From contig NC_133622.1 of NCBI RefSeq assembly GCF_048593235.1, forward strand, positions 29,698,001-29,762,000: DNA of 64,000 nucleotides, in the 5' to 3' direction. This stretch comes from Sminthopsis crassicaudata. Lineage: Eukaryota. The notes beneath the pieces were generated by a model. The model had not been told where the DNA came from and searched no databases. It was given only the letters and a program-made list of their open reading frames with translations. Made by a program: the position numbers and the translations under genes. Positions 53,647-64,000 of the stretch are shown in pieces; the first letter of the stretch is position 1; every line of letters begins with the position of its first letter.

Positions 53647-54053
53647 CTGCAGAAAGAAAAATTCTTATATAGCTGACACAAGCCAATACACATGGGAAAC
53701 ATTTGCAGATCAATGAAAGGAACCTGGAAACCCATGACAAAGAATGTCCCAATCTTGTCTATGTAACAGAATATACAGCCATGGGAAAATATAGTATTTA
53801 TGCAGTGCTTCCAAGTTTTCAATAGACTTTCTATGTTATCTCCTTAGCCATCTTAACCATTTAGAAACAGTAATTAATGATTTGTATTAGAGAAAGTGCA
53901 GCTCAGCTCATTAACTTTAAAAAAAATTGAATAAAAATCTGTTGACCCATCTTCAGAAGTTTGGAAAACATTGCTATCTACTGTCTAAAATCACTAAGCT
54001 CAAATGTATTCAAGTCATAAAACCCATGCTCTGCTTTACCTTTCCCAACTTAT

Positions 54054-57974
<3,921 letters not shown>

Positions 57975-58341
57975 TCTGAAAAACAAAAATGGAAATCAGC
58001 GTTGCCGGAGCCGCGCAGAGCCGAGAGTCAGGTTCGCCCGGGGGGGAGGAAGGACGTCGGGCGGCACGAGACCTTTCCTCCGGGCCCCACGGTGGGCCGC
58101 CACTCCTCCCGGCTCTTCCCCGCCGAGCCCGAGCCCGGACCGGAAGTTAATGCCGGCTCCCAGGCGGCGGACAAGAAGGCTGTTTAGAGGGCCTAGTAGA
58201 GGGTGGGAAGACCCACACAATGGTTACTGCACGGGGGAAGAGCCAGGGGATGCGTGTAGGGCCACCGGTCCCCAAAATTTGGCTTCCCAGAAGCGATGGA
58301 CTCGGATGCAGAAAAGTCACATAAAACGGAGAGCGACTCAC

Positions 58342-58366
58342 CTGGAGGTGAAATGGCTAAAGAGAG
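58342..58366 (-). promoter_or_regulatory. RPL9: RPL9 non-coding exon 1 with 5' TOP (CTCTCTTT)
   Basis: acgtt-CTCTCTTTAGCCATTTCACCTCCAG|gtgagt: pyrimidine-tract start typical of ribosomal-protein mRNAs. Confidence 0.85.
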
Positions 58367-58663
58367 AACGTCTTCCGTCATCACGTTTTTGTATCTACGC
58401 GTACTAGCTACGTCTTGCGTCATATCAGCTCGACACAGCGGGATTATAGGAGCCAATCCCGGAGGGCCTCTCCTATCGCGAGCTCTTCTGTTTTTCACGT
58501 CTCCCCGCCCCTCAATGACGCATTTATCCTGAGACAACCGGCACTTCAGCCTTCCTGGTAAGTGATTGAGGATACTTCCGACGCGCGTCACTTCCCGCTC
58601 CGCTTGACAAACTTGGTGGAGCCTGGGCCCGGCCAGCCGGGGCTCTGAGCCTCCTGTCCCGGG

Positions 58664-62242
<3,579 letters not shown>

Positions 62243-63398
62243 GTTAGTCATAATAATAACCACTTATTTTGCAAGGTTATGCAGTTTTGTAGTGCTTCCC
62301 CGTTGTATTGAATTATTAACTAAGACATGTAATTGTTTAATTTTAAACATACTTATGTCTGCTTTCCCCAAATACATTATAAACTCTTTAAGATTAGGGA
62401 CTACAGGGAAGGAGGGACTTATATTACCATCTGATGGAACTCTTCTTCCATTTTTAAATTTATCTCAAAATCCATTGACATCTTTCTCCCAGTTTCTGGA
62501 AGAGAGGTAGCCCGTTTTTTGCAGACCAACTCCTTTACAATGTGTGATTACATTTCCTTTAGCTGGTTGTATTTTCAGTAGTTTTTTTTCTTTTTTCATC
62601 ATGTGTGTGCGCGCGCGCGTGCTATCTCTGTCTTACTCTCTCTGCCCCCCAAAAAAGAAAATTACCTAGGGTTATTTTTTAATGGGTTTCTGTAGAGAAG
62701 GAATTCATCAATCAGGTTTGTTACCGCGGCAGTAGGCTCAGCTCCTTGCCCTTCCTTATCTCACATAACCAATCCCTTGCCGAGCCATGCTGTTTCTCCC
62801 TTCATATCACTGTGTGGGTCTCTCCTCAGCACAGCTGCTATCTTGTCTCAGACCTAAATAATTGTTCCCCTAGATTTTTTTTTTTCCCTCTGAGGCCATT
62901 GGGGTTAAGTGACTTGCCTAAGGTCACACAGACAGGAAGTACTAATCTCACCTGATTATTGCAATAGCCTCCTGGCTTCCCCTGGCTCTAGTCTCTCCAT
63001 TCTAGTCTATCTGATGGTCATTTTCCTGAAGCACAGAATTCACCATGTGATTCTTCCACTCCTGTTAATCCTAGCAGCTCCCTCTTACTCTAAGATATGA
63101 TAGGAACTACTCAGTATAGCTTTTCAAGCCGTACACCTCTCTTTGCAACTTCACCAAATGTTGCTTTCTTTCCTACAATGTTCAGTCCAGGCAAACTGGA
63201 TTTCTTCCTGTTCCGTAATGAACACATCCATCTCCCTTCCTTTTTCTGGCCATACCTCTTGTCTGGAGTAGAGCCTTCCCTACCTGCTGTCTCTCTCTCC
63301 CTTTCACACACAGGTTAAGCACTGTTTTCTGGATTCAGCCACTAGTGACATTCTCAAGTTCTCTTATGTTTAACTACTGCTGATAAATTTGTATTATT

Positions 63399-63533
63399 NN
63401 NNNNNNNNNNNNNNNNNNNNNNNNNNNNNNNNNNNNNNNNNNNNNNNNNNNNNNNNNNNNNNNNNNNNNNNNNNNNNNNNNNNNNNNNNNNNNNNNNNNN
63501 NNNNNNNNNNNNNNNNNNNNNNNNNNNNNNNNN
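63399..63533. other. Assembly gap (135 N)
   Basis: Run of N. Confidence 1.
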
Positions 63534-63894
63534 CTCCTTCCACATAGGGATTGTTTCCTTTTGTACTTGTGTCTCCAATACTTAGGCACATAACCAATTC
63601 TTGATAAATATATGTTCATTGATTGATTAGTTGGTTGGTTGACCCTGGGCACATGAAAGTCTATATCAGTTTCCTTATCTGTAAAGTGAGAGTTGCATTC
63701 AGTTGTTTTTAGGGTCCTTTCAGCTCTTGGGCGTACAAGCATAGCCTCTAAAGTCCTTTATGTTCTTCTTTATAAGTTATATTAAGAATATGGCTAGTTT
63801 AAGAAATTTTTTTTTTTTCCATTTTAAAGACTGGAGCTTAGAGAAGTTGATGAATTTCTCCATGATCAGATAACAGCCATTCCTTTAACCCAAA

Positions 63895-63896
<2 letters not shown>

Positions 63897-63964
<68 letters not shown>
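63897..63964. repeat. (TG)34 microsatellite
   Basis: Direct reading. Confidence 0.95.
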
Positions 63965-63965
<1 letters not shown>

Positions 63966-64000
63966 TATGTGTATGTGCTAATGATTTTTCTTTTTTTTTT

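Noticed and set aside
62243-64000. LIAS exon 6
   Set aside because: No matching exon is visible; it may lie in the 135-N gap or beyond the window, so it was not annotated.

Overview
This is eukaryotic (mammalian) DNA, almost certainly from a marsupial and probably an Australian dasyurid-like species. That assignment is inferred from the repeat content: WSINE1-like and MAR1-like CORE-SINEs, marsupial-type L1 3' ends and an OC1-like hAT MITE. The window is the syntenic block RFC1 - KLB - RPL9 - LIAS. It holds RFC1 exons 1-3 (minus strand, partial), the complete 5-exon beta-Klotho gene KLB (plus), the complete RPL9 gene (minus, 192 aa), and LIAS exons 1-5 (plus, partial) sharing a bidirectional CpG promoter with RPL9. 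All exon boundaries were read from GT/AG sites and keep frame. Gene identities come from recalled similarity to the human proteins, not from a database search. Most short ORFs in the supplied track are noise or transposon fragments. The main oddities: (1) a one-base frame break in KLB exon 1 that separates the conserved upstream ATG/N-terminal peptide from the GH1 reading frame; (2) a ~29-copy 27-bp minisatellite with higher-order structure starting 7 nt after the KLB exon 3 donor; (3) an unexplained CpG-rich ~3 kb block after it, which may be a retroposed insert; (4) several transposons with intact target-site duplications, including an OC1-like element. I found no clearly new multi-gene biological system.
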